Assembly: GCA_964016885.1 (NCBI GenBank)
Contig: OZ024742.1
Coordinates: 94,860,001-94,924,000 of the forward strand
Direction of reading: 5' to 3'
DNA length: 64,000 bases
From: Eledone cirrhosa
Taxonomy: Eukaryota
Shown here: in pieces, positions 22,928-37,295 of the stretch
How the letters are laid out: each line of letters opens with the position of its first letter
Position numbering within the stretch: the stretch's first letter is position 1
The notes under the pieces: generated by a model
What the model was told of the DNA's origin: nothing
The model's input: only the letters and a program-made list of their open reading frames with translations
The model's database searches: none
Made by a program: the position numbers and the translations under genes

Positions 22928-25002
22928 TAGATATATATATAATAGTGATAATAATATCATTATTAAGTTGAGTATTAGAACTTTACCAGATGGTAAATAT
23001 TTATATATATGGTATGGTATAGTCCCATAACTCCTAATAGTCATAGGGGTGCCGTATTGACATATAGCGTTTCTTGGGCATTTTAAGCCTGGTGGAGCCC
23101 ATCCCTCTCCTGGCCTGAGTATAAAAGATTTCTTCTAGAGAGAGGAAGAATCAACCACAGTACTAGACTTCTACTTTTTTTTAGCAACCTCTAAAGGATG
23201 AAAGGCGAAGTTGACCTCAGCAGGATTTGAGCTCAGAGAGCAGAGAACTGGAAGGAATACCATGAAATATTCTATCCAATATTCTAATGACTTTGCCTAG
23301 TGGTTAGTGTGTTGGACAGACAATGATAAAACCATGGGTTTGATTCCTAAAGTGGGCAGCATGTTTTATTCTTGTACAAAATACTTTATTTCACATTACT
23401 CCTTCTGCCATGAGTTGGAACTAGCAGATATCAGCAACAGTAAGATCAATGAAAACAATGTTTCCTTAGTTCAATTTAATAATCAGTAGCCTTCGCTTCC
23501 TGATATGAGTAGGAATTGAAGCTAATGATAGGTGTTCAGGTGTAGTAAGGGTAAAAAGAAAATAAACTTCCTCATATGCTCAAAAAGTTCACTATAAACA
23601 GTAGATAACTTTTCCTATATATGGAACCTCGTTAGCAATGGAGATTAATGTACTGAAAGTGTTGTAATCAATATGAGAACAGGGTGGAAGAAAATTCAAG
23701 TAGCTGTTATCTCTACTAGTAACAAAAGGCTTTTTTCTTGGAATGATGGGCAGATTATATGATCTTTGTAATCAAAATATTATCCTGCATGGCAATGAGA
23801 CAGGTTGTGAATGCAGAAGATCTATAGTAGCTAAAAAGACATGAGTCAACAACTAATAACCTTCCTATTGCTGATGACATGATAAAATACACCCAGTACT
23901 CTGTGTAAGTTGGTTCATAATAGGATGAGCATCCAGCTGTAGGGGCCATCTTAAATGGTTTGAGGGGAGTGACTGTTCAGTTTTGTCATGGACCCATCAA
24001 CCTCTATAGTGTTGGTAACATGATGAAAATCAACTAGTACATTCTGTAAATCACTTTAATTGAAGTAAAGATAATGGATAGTCAACAAACTGTTCCACCA
24101 TATTTCAATTGAATTTTAATAGATTTTCTCGATATTTTATTTGAAAATTGTTTGGGTTAAATTTCTATGAAATCCCCAATCTGTTATTAATACCAGGGCT
24201 TATTCTATACTCTAAGACAGGAGGATCTTTGGTATAGGCTTGACATCTTTCTCAGCATATCAAGAGGTAAATGTAAAATAAATGTAAACCTGCTTACATA
24301 TGTTTTAAGTTTAGTTACAGCCATTAACTTTATTATATAAGAATACACATTGGTTGTTTGGGAGCAGTAGTAAGGCAGCATGTGTTTTACAGAGGCATTT
24401 TGCAAAAGATTGGGTAACACTGGTCTATAGCATAGTTCACTGAAGCTAAGAAACGATTAGAGGTAGGTAGTTACTGAGAACTGGATTTATCAATACTTGT
24501 GTTTTGTTTGTGCAGACAATTCAAATTATACCTTGCAGCAGATTATTGCCGATTCTGATGTTTAAGAAAATGTCCCTATTGATAGCAAAGGCTTTGATTA
24601 CAGGTATAGAAATTGTAGATTATAGCAAGGTATTAGAACTCTGGTAATAAACATTGCGTTTCATACAGAGGTGGTAGGCAATGTTATGGCTTCTAGACAT
24701 TTGTTCATGCATCAAAGTTGTAGATAACTAACATTGTCCCTGTAAATAGCTATATCTCCAAATTGACTCATACATTTAATCTTGTTTGTACATATATGCT
24801 TAGCATTTTTCATATTATAACCATAGAAATAAATTATTAGAATATACTAATTTGTATGATTGTTCATATAACTGGTACTCAAGCTATGGCTTATGAATCC
24901 TGAACAAAATAAATTGAATATGTTCAACTCTATTGCTGTTATTATTGACGAGATGGGACCACTACCAGTGTCCTTGGTTATTGTTTTCTATATGTATACA
25001 TT

Positions 25003-25040
<38 letters not shown>

Positions 25041-26191
25041 CATACATACACACACACAGCCACACACAGCCAAGACTTGATATATAATGAATATTAAACA
25101 CATAAACACCAACTGAAAAGCTTAAATTCACAATGAAGTGGTTTACTGAAATTGAATCACACAGGCACACACAAACACACCTATATATGTATGTGATATA
25201 TATATGTGTATATATATATGTATATATCTGTGTATATATATATTTATGTATGTGTGTGTATGTATGTATGTATGTATGTATGTGTATGTATGTACGTGTA
25301 TGTATATGTATATATATATGTGTATGTAAATGTATATATATATGTGTATAGGGGTATATATATAAATTTACACACATGCACATACACACAGCCCAACCTA
25401 TGCCACGATAGAAAGTGGACATAAAATGATGATGACGATATTTATTTTTTTACTAGGGATATATGTTGCCATTTTACTACAAAGAGCTCATGAATCTTTT
25501 TATTTCTACTTGTTTTATTTTTTAAAATTAAGCTATGAATGTTTTTATCTGTCATACCAAATAGTTTTACATTAAAATTCATAGCTATTAATTCATATTT
25601 TATGCATACATTTTGTGTCTGTTCATAAAATGAGCATCCGATATACTGCTGTGTTAGATTTTAGTATGACTGAAAACTTACTCTCTCGAACTAAGTGACA
25701 AAATCTAATTTGTGAATCAAAATGCCATAAAATCTCTTTGATACATTTATTTATTACTTTTTTCCCCTCTACAACCTTTTGTTTTGCCTATATGCATAAG
25801 AGAATTAAAACCTCCCTACCATTTTGTAATGCACCCAGTACACTTTATAAAATGGTTGCAAATGAACAGACACAGCATATGCCAGAGAGGACTCTAGTAT
25901 TATCAAGTGCATGATCTCTCTCATGCTTGCATCATGATAAAATACAACTAGTATACTCTGTACAATGGTTGATAAATGAACAAGTGTATGTAAGAAACTT
26001 CGTTTTGATCCCCAAACCCGCTTGATAATAAAAAGGTTATAGTACTGATTTCATCTTAATTCTTGATTATTTTCATAATTATTTGAAAACTATAGACTAT
26101 GTAATATGTTATTAGAAATATGGTAACAAAAGGATAAAACTATATACTTGGTAAATTTCTTGTAAAACCCAAATTTTTGTACATGTTTATA

Positions 26192-26388
26192 TAATTGTTT
26201 CTATTTTTGGCACAAGGCCAGCAATTACCCAGTGCAGTAATGGTACTTTATTTTATCAACCACGTAAGGATGAAAGGCAAAGTTAACCGTAGCAGGATTT
26301 GAACTCAGATCATAAAGGGCCTTAACTCTATGCTGCAAAGCATGGTGTCCGGTCCAACCCTCTACTGATACTGCCAATTCACCGCCTT
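26192..26388 (-). mobile_element. tRNA-derived SINE with TSD TACATGTTTATATAAT
   Basis: SINE consensus; direct repeats on both sides. Confidence 0.92.
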
Positions 26389-27428
26389 ACATGTTTATAT
26401 AATAACGTTGAAACAGTTACTATTGTTTGATGGACGTTATCTTTTCTCTTAATAAGCTCCAGTATACCATACCACTCATGGTGAAAAGTTTTTAACCCAT
26501 TCGTTATCATATTTCTAGTAAAATCTTTGCATATCATTTTCAAATCATTTTGAAAATAATGAAGACTTTTGAGGTTTCGGTAAAATATTTTGGAAAATTA
26601 CAAAGATTGTTATATGAAATTTAGTAGAAGGTAATTAGATAAATATAAAAACATTAAAATAGGTAGCTTTTAAATCTAGGTATCTGAATACTATAAGTAC
26701 CAGCCCTATCATGAATATTAACATCAAATATAGTGTCTTGCTCAAGATCACAACATACTGCCCATTCCAGAAATTGAACCCACAACCTTTTGAGTTCAAC
26801 ATTCTAACCACTAGGCTATGTAACTTTAGTTTTAGGTAGTTTTGTATTAAAAGGGTGAAATATATGACCAAACATTGATAATCATTATCAACACCATCAT
26901 AATTTAATGTTCATTACCCCTTCAAGCAAGATACTGCACACTCAGAAGAACCAGTTTTAGGTGGGGGCACATCTCACATACATTCCCTTACTCTACCAAG
27001 TGCCCTGTAGTCTGAAAATAAATCATGTGATGTTCATATCTTCCAGCAGTTAGTTACAACCAAGAATTGATATTAGGTCCTAGTGAATATTGGCAAATTA
27101 CATCTACTGCACAGCTCAACAATAACAAGAACAAAAATAGTAAAATCTTTAATGATATATATTTAACTTGCTCTGATTATATTTACCTTCTCTGTGCTAA
27201 CATCTGTGTCTGAAAACTTTCTATTTTCCTATTTTTGTTTAACACATCAGCACTTCATCAGCTTTTCATGACAGTAAGCTGAAATGTAGCATTAAACTGA
27301 GGGCTTACTCAGAGCTTCTCGTGGCTGTGTGTGTGTGTGTGTGTTGATTTATGTGGATGTGTGAATGTTGATATAGAAGTATATATAAGTGCATGCATAT
27401 GTATCATCATTTAATGTCCACTTTCTTG

Positions 27429-27495
<67 letters not shown>

Positions 27496-29694
27496 TATCA
27501 TCATTTAATATTTGTTCTCCAATGCGAGTGTATATATATATATAGATATATGGGGAAGTTTTGTAATTACATACTAAAATATGATCTGATATGTTCCTTT
27601 CCTTTTCCTTCTACATTTCTTGTAGTTTTACTTCAATCTATTTTCACAAACCACAACAAAACACCACACATTATGTTGGGTAAATAAGAATTTAACGTTT
27701 GTTGCCAGAAACCTTAAATAAGAAGACTTTAACAATCAGCTATTATCATGATCACCATCCCCAATGACATCATTTCTATGCCTACCAACATTTGTATCCA
27801 TCTTCTACATCACCCTAGCATCTAATATAACTGCCATTATTTCTTTTGATTCTTTCATTATTTTATTTTTATCCATATTATTGATGTTTTTGTGTAACTG
27901 ACAGTATTTTGTTAAAGTTTCTTGGTTTAAATCCTTGGCATCTTATTTTCTGGGGAATGTATATAGCCCAGTCAACCAGGCACCATTTTCTCATTGGCCA
28001 CAAGCATGGTTGAATAGTTAAAATATTTGCTTCACAATCATGATGCCCAAGGTTTGATACCATTGTTTTACACCAGATTTTTTTTATTAGTTGTCAAGCT
28101 TTTTGCTTCCTAGTTTGCATGTGCCTGTCATAATACTACCTTTGGATGCATTCATGGCTATATGGTTAAGAAGTTCACTTCAATATCATGTGGTCTCAGA
28201 TTAGATCCTACTTAGTGAAACTTGAATGTCTTTACCATAGACCTCGGGTTGCCCAAAGCCTTTTCAATGAAATTTTGCAGATGGAAATTATATGGAAGCT
28301 TCAAATTTTTAGCTTTGCCACATATTGATATCATATCATGTCATGCTCATTCGGTTTGAGCATTACATTAAGGTCTGTGGAATACTCAACTATATACTTG
28401 ATAGTTGATGAAACAACTAATTGGTCATCTTCAAAACTGATGGTGAGGCAGTCAATTTTTCAATGGTGGTTTATAAATATAAAAAACATCTAGAGCTCTT
28501 CATCTGAAGAGCTTTAGATGAAGGAATCACAATTTAAACCTAGAACCCAATGTATCACTCTGCCATCACTTTTTTGTATTCTTTGCTATGGTGGGCTACA
28601 CTGATTAAGTGAAAAAGTTATTACTTAAGAATCTGAGAAAATTTAACTTTCTGAAGAGAGGATACTAACATCCACAAAAAGCAACACAAACAACAAAAGT
28701 TCTTGTCTCATCCTGCACCTTGGAGAGGTATTTACTGGATGTGGTTACCAACCTATGGTCACCTATGACTGAAGGAGGTCTATTATTTCTAAATTTATTA
28801 TTTGCTCTCGATTTTGGTAGGATGTTCTCCAGTTTGATGCCCATAAATCTTTCTTTAAAAGCTCTTTTACTGGCTTCATACTGGCTTCAGCAACTTAACA
28901 GCAGTTATATTGAGACACAGCCTTAAAGGGACTTAGTTGAGCATATCTACCCCCCCCCCCCCCCCCCCAGTACTTATTTTATCTCTTCTTTTACTCTGTA
29001 AACTCAGACATAGACATAAAAAATGGGTGCAGGCACACACACATATGTGTATATGTGTATGTCTGTGTAAATGGTAATAGGAAGGACATCCATCTGTTGA
29101 AAGAAGCTAAGCTAAAACTGAAAAATATGCAAAGGCAATATGGCCCCATGCCTGTCTGGGAGGACAGTAGTGCCAATTAAATTCCGACTTGGTCTGTGAC
29201 AAACCATTCAACCTCTGCCAGCATGGAAAAATGGATGTTAAATGATGATGATGAATATAAAAATATGTTTACATTCTCTTGAAAAGATTGGCTAAAAATT
29301 GAACCATTCAGCATTACTGTTTTTCACAAACAGCTGGAAAGTTTGCCAAGTTTGTTTATTTTCAGAAAATATTTATTGTCCATTAATGAGAGATATTGCT
29401 TGTCATGTCTAGAGGCAATTTAAGTAAAAATCTGAATCTTTATATTCCTTTGTATGTGGTAAGTGGACGAAGTGGATGGGGCAATATGAAAATTAAATAG
29501 TGGTCAACAGTATCGTCAGTTGGCAAGTCTCCAGTTGATTTACTAAATAAAGATGAATCACAGTGAACTGTAAAATCTGGACATCAACAGAACTGTTATA
29601 TGTGGTGTTGAGGTAGAATTTAATGGGTAGTTTGTCTATGGTGAAATATGACTGGTCACTATTGAATGGGATATAAAAAAATAAAATTGTAGTG

Positions 29695-30030
29695 AAGGTC
29701 TTTGACCTAGTGGTTAGTAGGTTGGGATTATGATCATAAGTTTATGAGTTTGATTCCTTGACCAACAGGGCATTGTGTCCTTGAGCAAGAAATTTATTTC
29801 ACATTGTTCCAGTTCACTCAGCTGGGATAGAAATATATTGCATTGAAAGTCATGTCAGTCTCTATTAGCCTTTCCCTTTTCCTTTGACTACATTGGTGCC
29901 ATGGAGAAGGGAGATTCACATGCATGGGCCACTGCTGGTCTTCCACATACCTGAGCGTCTGCTTTAGAGATAAACTTTCCATGTACAAATTTATAGTCAG
30001 CCATGATCGAGGATGTGGTAGGGTAGGGAG
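29695..30030 (+). mobile_element. Second SINE family (tRNA head + CORE-like TGTCCTTGAGCAAG segment)
   Basis: TAGTGGTTAG A-box, GAGTTTGATTCC B-box, TGTGTCCTTGAGCAAG...CCAGTTCACTCAGCTG; related to 53628-53770. Confidence 0.65.
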
Positions 30031-30442
30031 GAGTTGTTCATGTTATTTTCATACTCTACTCCACACCACCATTATTCCAGCTGCTCTTTACATCCTGACT
30101 TCAATTACCTTTCATTCTTTCTTAAAATATATTAGCAATCCAGTACCGTGGGTAAGGGATTGAATCAACTAACTCCCATCCTATAGATTTGTGGCCTTAT
30201 ACATATGTTATGAAATATTTTCATTGTTGGTGTTTTTTGCTGAATTAGTAGGGCAGCAGAAAATGAGGTCTTGCTTTATTTAGTTACATATATTTGTGTT
30301 CTGAGTTCAAATCCCATTGAGGTTGACTTTAAAATTCATCCTTCCTATGTTGAATACTGGGGTGATATAATAGACTATACTCAACCCGAAACCTTGGCAC
30401 CCTATGCCTGTGCTAGGAACTCTTATTAGTATTATTAAAGTA

Positions 30443-30995
30443 ATGGTAGATTGGCAATATCAGTAGAGGGTTGGACACCATGCTTTGCAGCATAGTTACG
30501 CCCCTTTACGGTTTGAGTTCAAATCCCGCCGATGTTAACTTTACCTTTCATCCTTATGGGGTCAATAACATATAGTATCAGTAATGCACTGGGATAATTG
30601 TTGGCCTTGTGCCAAAAGTAGAAACAATTATTAAAGTGATTGATTTTTATATTTTATGATGTTGACTTTGCATTTTCACCCTTCTGGGATTAAAAACAGA
30701 ATAGGAATCTGTTGGTCTGACAATACCTCATCACTTTTAAATTTGTGGTGTTGTACCAATATAAGAAAGCATTACTCTTATTATTATTATTACTATTAGG
30801 ATGGCAGTAGACTGGCAGAGTTGTTAGTGTTGGACAACATGCTTTACAGCTTAGAGTCATGTCCCTTTATGTTCTGATTTCAAAGCCTGTTGAGGTTAAC
30901 TTTGCCTTCTACCCCTATGGGTTAATAAAATAAAGTACCAGTAATGCACTGGGATAATTGCTGGCCTTGTGCCAAAAGTAGAAGCAATTATTAGG
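30443..30995 (+). mobile_element. Cluster of SINE copies (30443-30635, 30800-30995, older pieces nearby)
   Basis: SINE consensus matches. Confidence 0.85.
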
Positions 30996-31740
30996 GTTCA
31001 TGGATGCTGGACTTGCAGTAATGCATTATGGTACTTAATCATGTTGTTTTACAGTTTGAGTTCAAACCTCAATGCAATTTATTTTGAAAATAAAATGAAA
31101 TTTACATCTCAGACCTATGTGAATTTAACTCACCTTCTACAAAGTTCTATCCTATAGGAAGTTTCTCAGGTGTTTTAGTGAGAGGAAACATGATCCTATC
31201 ATGAAATACATCATGTTTAAGAAGACATCACACTGCCCAGGCCAGGAATCAGAACCTGATCATGAGTCCTGCTTATTAACAACTAGGCCACACACCTTTG
31301 CACAATCAAGTTTGCTAAAACAAACATAGAACATTTGGCATTTTGCAAAGGTATGAAAGATATCAGCAAGACATGCTTATACAACCCATATTGTCTCAGA
31401 TGCTGACAACACATCCAACCAATGGTAGAGTGGGAAAAGGGAATAAAATGATGAGGATGATGATAATTATCATGATGATGATTAAGAAATGGGGTTGCTT
31501 TACTTGCTTACGGTTGCAATAGCTCTACTCCTAATCATTTTTATTATAGTCATTAAACAAATTTCAGTGTTTATTCCTGCTCTTTACTTACTAAGTTTAA
31601 ACCCAATCATGATTAACTTTACCTTTTATCATTCAGGGTTAGATAGAATAAAGTACAAGTCAAGCACTTGGGTTGATATTAAGAAAATTGTGGTCTTGTC
31701 CCTATATTAGACTTCATTATTATTAATGGGCAGTTGACAG

Positions 31741-31935
31741 GGGCGGTGGATTGGCAGTATCGGTAGAGGGTCGGACGCCATGCTTTGACGTATAGAGTTA
31801 CGGCCCTTGCCATTCTGAATTCAAATCCCGCTGAGGTTAACTTTGCCTGTCATGCTTACGGGGTCGATAAAGTAAAGTAGCAGTGATGCACTGGTAATTG
31901 CTGGCCTTGTGCCAAAAGTAGAAACAATTATTATT
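31741..31935 (+). mobile_element. tRNA-derived SINE
   Basis: Full consensus starting GGGCGGTGGATTGGCAGTATCGGTAG. Confidence 0.92.
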
Positions 31936-34473
31936 AAATTAGTAGAATTTTGTCAATGAATTATCATTTTACATCTGTTTTCCCAGGTTTACATGAGTTG
32001 AATGAAACCTGGAGCTTATCCTGTTTTCATGGGTGTTAGGTTGTTGAGAGTACAAAACTCTCCTCTTGGACAAGACACCAGTCAATCACAGGGTTAATCA
32101 CTAGTTGCAGCTGAGTGAACATGTGTAACACGAAATTAAGTGTTTTACTGAAGACACAATATATCACCTCATCTGAAAATTGAACTCATAATCTAATTAG
32201 CATGTGACGAAAACACTAACCATAGGCCACAAATTCTCACAACTTATCATTAATAATATTTAGTGTGATACTATTCAAAAATCTGTTTTTATTATCGAGT
32301 GTTTTATTTATTTATTTGCAAATATATCATTGTTTTCCTTGCTTCCATCTAATTCTGATACTGTTACCCGTTAATACAAATACAAAAGCTTCAGATATTG
32401 ATTAATTACAGTATAAAGTGCCTTTTTGTTAATTGGTTGATGTGTCCAAGGTATTACTAGCATTGAGTCCCCATCTTCTCCTTCTTTCTGTACATTTAGA
32501 TTGAAATGTACTCTCTCATGTGTTATCAGGGTGTCTAGTCTAGTCATCTACTATCTCAGCTGATAATATTTGAAAAAACCTTAATATTAACAACTTCCAC
32601 CCCCGTACATAGCTTCAATTGATATTCTTCCCTTTCTAAAATATTGTAAACCCCTTTCCTCACTTTCAAACCACCTTCCACTCCATTTCTCACTTTTAAA
32701 GAGGAGATTATCTGAAAAGCCTGCAATAGCTGTTATTCTAGCAATACCAGTAAAACATTCTCATTTCCCAAAAGGATGAACATTTCTCAGTAACTGATGT
32801 TTCTTTTCTTTTATTGTTTATTGATTGTTTTAAATTTTTATTTTACTTTTTGTTATTTTCCCAATCTCCAATTCCTACTTCACTCCTGCATTTGATTTGA
32901 TTTAAAGGTTCTTTGAAAGGTTCAGTGACAAATGGAGGGGTTTCTGTTGAAAGAGACTCACAAGGGAACAATTAATCTGTAAGGCTTAAATGTCTAGATG
33001 ATTATCCCTGACAGCTTGGACTGTGAGTATGAGACTGTCAGGTAGGTAAATGGGATAGAGGGTAGATAGCAGTGTTGGTCTGAGCAGATTGTTTTCTTAC
33101 CCCCTCAACCATGCTCTTCGTCTGTCCAAATCTAATTGAAAAAAATTGTTGTTGCATTCATTCTTCTATCTTCCTCCTGGAGGAACTTCAGGGATTTATT
33201 TTTCCTTGATATATTTGGGGGGATGAAATATAGCTTATATCTCTAATATTCCGACCCCATTGTGAATGTGGTTCCGAGAGGAAAAAGAAAACACATAATT
33301 GGAGATAAAAATAATGAAAAATAAAAACAAAAGTAGAAAAAATATAATATCTTAGAATTTCTTAATCCAAATAAGAGGTTTGTTTGTTTGAAGCACAGCC
33401 TGCCTAATCTCATTATCAAAAGCTGTGCTGACTTTGGAAATGGACATTTCTGTATTGCTAATATTTTATAGATTCAAGATTGTGTCATAGAAGAGTTATA
33501 AAAAAAGAAAGAGCTATAAAAGTCTCTTTTCACATTTGGCATTGATTAAATTATGCTAGATCCCTCCATCTCATATACTATTATGATCACTCAGATTTGA
33601 CTCTCAATAATCTTGTTTAGACTTGAATTTCTAATTTCTTTTCAAGCTGTACACAAAATATATCACTTCCTTAATATTTCAATTTCTTTAACCCTTTCAT
33701 ACCACCAACCTGAAATTGCCCCTGCTTCTTTGATACAAAGATGTTTATTTAAATTTGTTTTTAGATATTGCTAAACCATTCCATTATGACTTTATCTAAA
33801 AGCCTTTAAGCTATGTTTCAATCATCAGCTTAATAATAGTTATTTTAGTAAATCCCTTCAAATTCTTTCAAATTCTTTCCAAAATTCTTTGAAATTCATA
33901 GTGTTTTTCATTTAAAATATAGTAATAAAAGGGGTAATGCTTTTGATAACAAATAATATAAAACTGTTCAATAATACAAAACTGTCTAAAAACCTTACAT
34001 CATATATTTTATTTTATATAAAAGGTTTTGTTTTGTTATGTTCCATACACTAGTTTAATATTGTGAAAGTTAATTATTTTATGAAATCCCTTCAAATTCT
34101 CGAGTATTTTCTAAAATTATTTGAAAACTATAAGGTGAGTCTTTCATTCAAAATATAGTAAAGGAAGGTTTAAAATGTTCAAAATTATCTAAAAACTTCC
34201 AGGATAATTTAAGAATATAAAAGTTAAGCTCCAAACACCAACTCATTAATGAGAAAGATATTTTATGAAATCCCAATGTATATATTAACTATTGCATAGT
34301 CATTATACGCATTGGTTAAGTGCATTTGTCTATTTGCTGGTCATGTGTTAAATATCTGTGTTGGTGTATACTCTTTTGACAACCATCAAACGAAGACAAC
34401 CAGTTACAACTGCTGAAATGTTGTGACTATAACAGCCAAGATGAGGACATTACTTTGAATAAATTATTGTATA

Positions 34474-34665
34474 ATAATTGTTTCTACTTTTGGCACAAGG
34501 CTAGCAATTACCCAGTAAATTACTGGTACTTTATTTTATCGAACCCGTAAGGATGAAAAGCAAAGTTAACCTCGGCGGGATTTGAACTCAGATCATAAAG
34601 GGAGGTAACTCTATGCTTAAAAGCATGGCGTCCGACCCTCTACCGATACTGCCAATCCACCGCCT
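34474..34665 (-). mobile_element. tRNA-derived SINE with TSD TTGTATAATAAT
   Basis: SINE consensus; direct repeats. Confidence 0.92.
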
Positions 34666-35517
34666 TTGTATAATAATATTAATTGTTCAGAACTTCATAC
34701 AGTTTTTTTTTTTAATTAATTTAGTTTTATTATTTTATCTTAAATATATACACATATTTTAGCAACATTCCTTAACACAAGGTAACCTGTCTAGTCTATC
34801 ACACTACTTTAATTCCTTGACGACTGCAATTATTAATGTTACTTTTTTCTCAGCATAGTAGTTAATCGTATATATATTTAGTTTATTAATGCTTTTTAAT
34901 TTAAATTTCCATTTTCAATTTTTAACGGATTTTTACGTAAAATAAAATATAAAAAATAAAATATAAATTATTTATCAATATGATGACAATGTTACTAAAT
35001 AAGAAAAAAATAATATGAAAATGAAAAATGAAAATTATTTCTCTCAACTCTTAAACATACCATAGATCAAATAACACATACCACACATGCGAACTAAGAT
35101 ACATGGGCATACAAAGCACACACATATACATACACAGACACATGCACACTCATTTAAACTAAACACAGAGACAAATAGACAGACATATGCCCACATACAT
35201 ACAAACACACATACTTACAAACACAGATATACACACAGATACATATACTCTCAAACATACACACATACACGAAAAGACATTTTTTTCAATGATAACTTGA
35301 AGAACATTGATAATCCATAAAAAAGATATAAAAAATACATTGATTCAGCACTTCCCACTCCCCCACTCCCCTACACTCACACATAATATTAAGAACGTGC
35401 CCATACATTTAATATTATCAATAATTTCTTGACTCATTTAGACTGATCGGCTTTCAAAGATGGAAAGTGGGAGTAAGTGTTGAGAGGAAAAAATTGTTTA
35501 AAATCAGAGAACTGCAA

Positions 35518-35554
<37 letters not shown>

Positions 35555-35722
35555 TGATTGTGCTTTGGTGCGGATTTATGCATATATAAATATACGTATG
35601 CGTGTATGTATATATATATATATATGTATATACACATATATATCATCATCATCATTGTCGATTTAATGTCTGCTTTCCCTATATATATACACACACATAT
35701 ATATATATATATATATACATAC

Positions 35723-35802
<80 letters not shown>

Positions 35803-35803
35803 G

Positions 35804-35869
<66 letters not shown>

Positions 35870-35874
<5 letters not shown>

Positions 35875-36316
35875 ATATTAAATAAATGGAAACTATATTT
35901 ATAAAACCATAGTTATTTTATTATATATATTTCAAGGGCAACCAAGAAAACATTGGTATGCTTTCATCAGATAAAATACAAAGTTTGTTTTATAAATAGA
36001 GCCATACCCATGAAAATCATACCTTATCGGTTGGAAATTCTCTGGATAGTCTGAATTTCCAACCGATAAGGTATGATTTTCATGGGTATGTCTCTATTTA
36101 TAAAACAAACTTTGTATTTTATCTGATGAAAGCGTACCAATGTTGTCTTGGTTGCCCTTGAAATATATATAATAAAATAACTATGGTTTTATAAATATAG
36201 TTTCCATTTATTTAATATCATTGAATATTTAGTCCAGTAAACTGTTGAGTGCTCTAAATCAGTTATAAACATTTATGTTTGTCGGACTTCCAATATATTA
36301 AATACAACTTCTACTT
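35870..36316 (+). mobile_element. Fold-back ORF-less element (171-bp arms) with hammerhead motif, inserted in (TA)n
   Basis: Arms 35870-36040 / 36053-36223 with about 3 mismatches, 12-nt spacer, ~90-bp unpaired extension. Confidence 0.85.
36115..36179 (+). ncRNA. Type-I minimal hammerhead ribozyme motif (mirror copy on minus strand ~35914-35978)
   Basis: TATTTTAT-CTGATGA-AAG...CTT-GAAA-T(ATAT)A-TA-ATAAAATA; intact core, AUA triplet. Confidence 0.75.
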
Positions 36317-36861
36317 ATATATATATAAAAATACATATATATATATAAGTATGTATATATATATACACACACACACACACATGCAAGCATATATATATAT
36401 TTATAAATATATATATACATATATATACATACACAAGCATCCATATATATATCTATATATATGTGTGTGTGTGTGTGTATAAAATAATGTATATTAAAAT
36501 AAGAAGTAAATATGTTCAGAAAATCTTTGAAAAAGAATAAATTACAACAACAAAAAATAATTTAGTGTCTCCTAGTCCACCAACCCAACCCCACCATGTA
36601 CTTTAATCTCTATGCTGTAATCATTGTGTTGAAAATTAATGGAATTCAGAAAGACTTTGTTAGAAATTTAAGTTTCGTGGCCTCAGATGTATACATATAT
36701 AAATATGTCTTCATGTGTGTGTATATGCCTGTATATTTTTGCATAAATAAATATGTGTGTGTCATCATCATCATCGTATAACGTCTATCTTCCACGCTAG
36801 CATGGGTTTAGATGGGTGTATATATATATATATGTGTGTGTAGGTGTGCATATATATATAT

Positions 36862-37060
36862 ATAGGAAAATGTTCAAGACCCCGACGGCAGAGCGCAAGC
36901 CATTTCGACGGCTATTTCTGGACTGAAATAGCCGTCGAAACGGCTTGAGCTCTACCGTCGGGGTCTTGAACATTTTCCTATTACCCACTCTACTACCCTA
37001 AGTATTGAGTACTCTGGTGCGTTATCTTCCATCTGGTTCCTTACCACACTTCCTTCGTTA
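36862..37060 (+). mobile_element. pLTR-only Penelope derivative with 57-bp hairpin
   Basis: Arms 36862-36918 / 36925-36981; sequence homologous to pLTR 37621-37760 and ending at the same CTTCGTT. Confidence 0.85.
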
Positions 37061-37211
37061 TAGTTTGAGCTAGTTTGAGCTGCAAGCCGCCTCATATATA
37101 CGACTGTTATTTCTAGCAGTACGGTTATGAGACTAGTTAGATACTGTAAAGCCATGTGCGTCACGCAGTCTTTTAAATTATTTAGAAGTGAAGCATATCA
37201 ATTTGTCTCTG

Positions 37212-37295
37212 GATGTTTACTGAGGAGAGCGGGACATGATATTCCTACACTTATTTAACTCGAAACATATTTGGATCTTAAAGTCTAAACTTATC
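37212..37295 (+). ncRNA. Type-I hammerhead ribozyme motif, intact core
   Basis: GTTTA-CTGAGGA-GAG...CTC-GAAAC...GTC-TAAAC, with extra GAT/ATC pairing. Confidence 0.75.

Noticed and set aside
28645-28702. AACTTT-CTGAAGA-GAGGAT...ATCCAC...AAAGTT (similar weak cases near 1500, 27255, 28503, 34390)
   Set aside because: No intact GAAA/stem III/UH combination
31741-31830. tRNA genes at SINE heads
   Set aside because: A/B boxes present but no cloverleaf; they continue into SINE body
32900-33300. Unique, less AT-rich stretch with small CCTGACAG/CTGTCAGG hairpin (similar unique stretches at 12960-13330 and 16240-16430)
   Set aside because: No ORF, splice pattern or miRNA-length stem that can be supported; exon or conserved-element status needs comparative data
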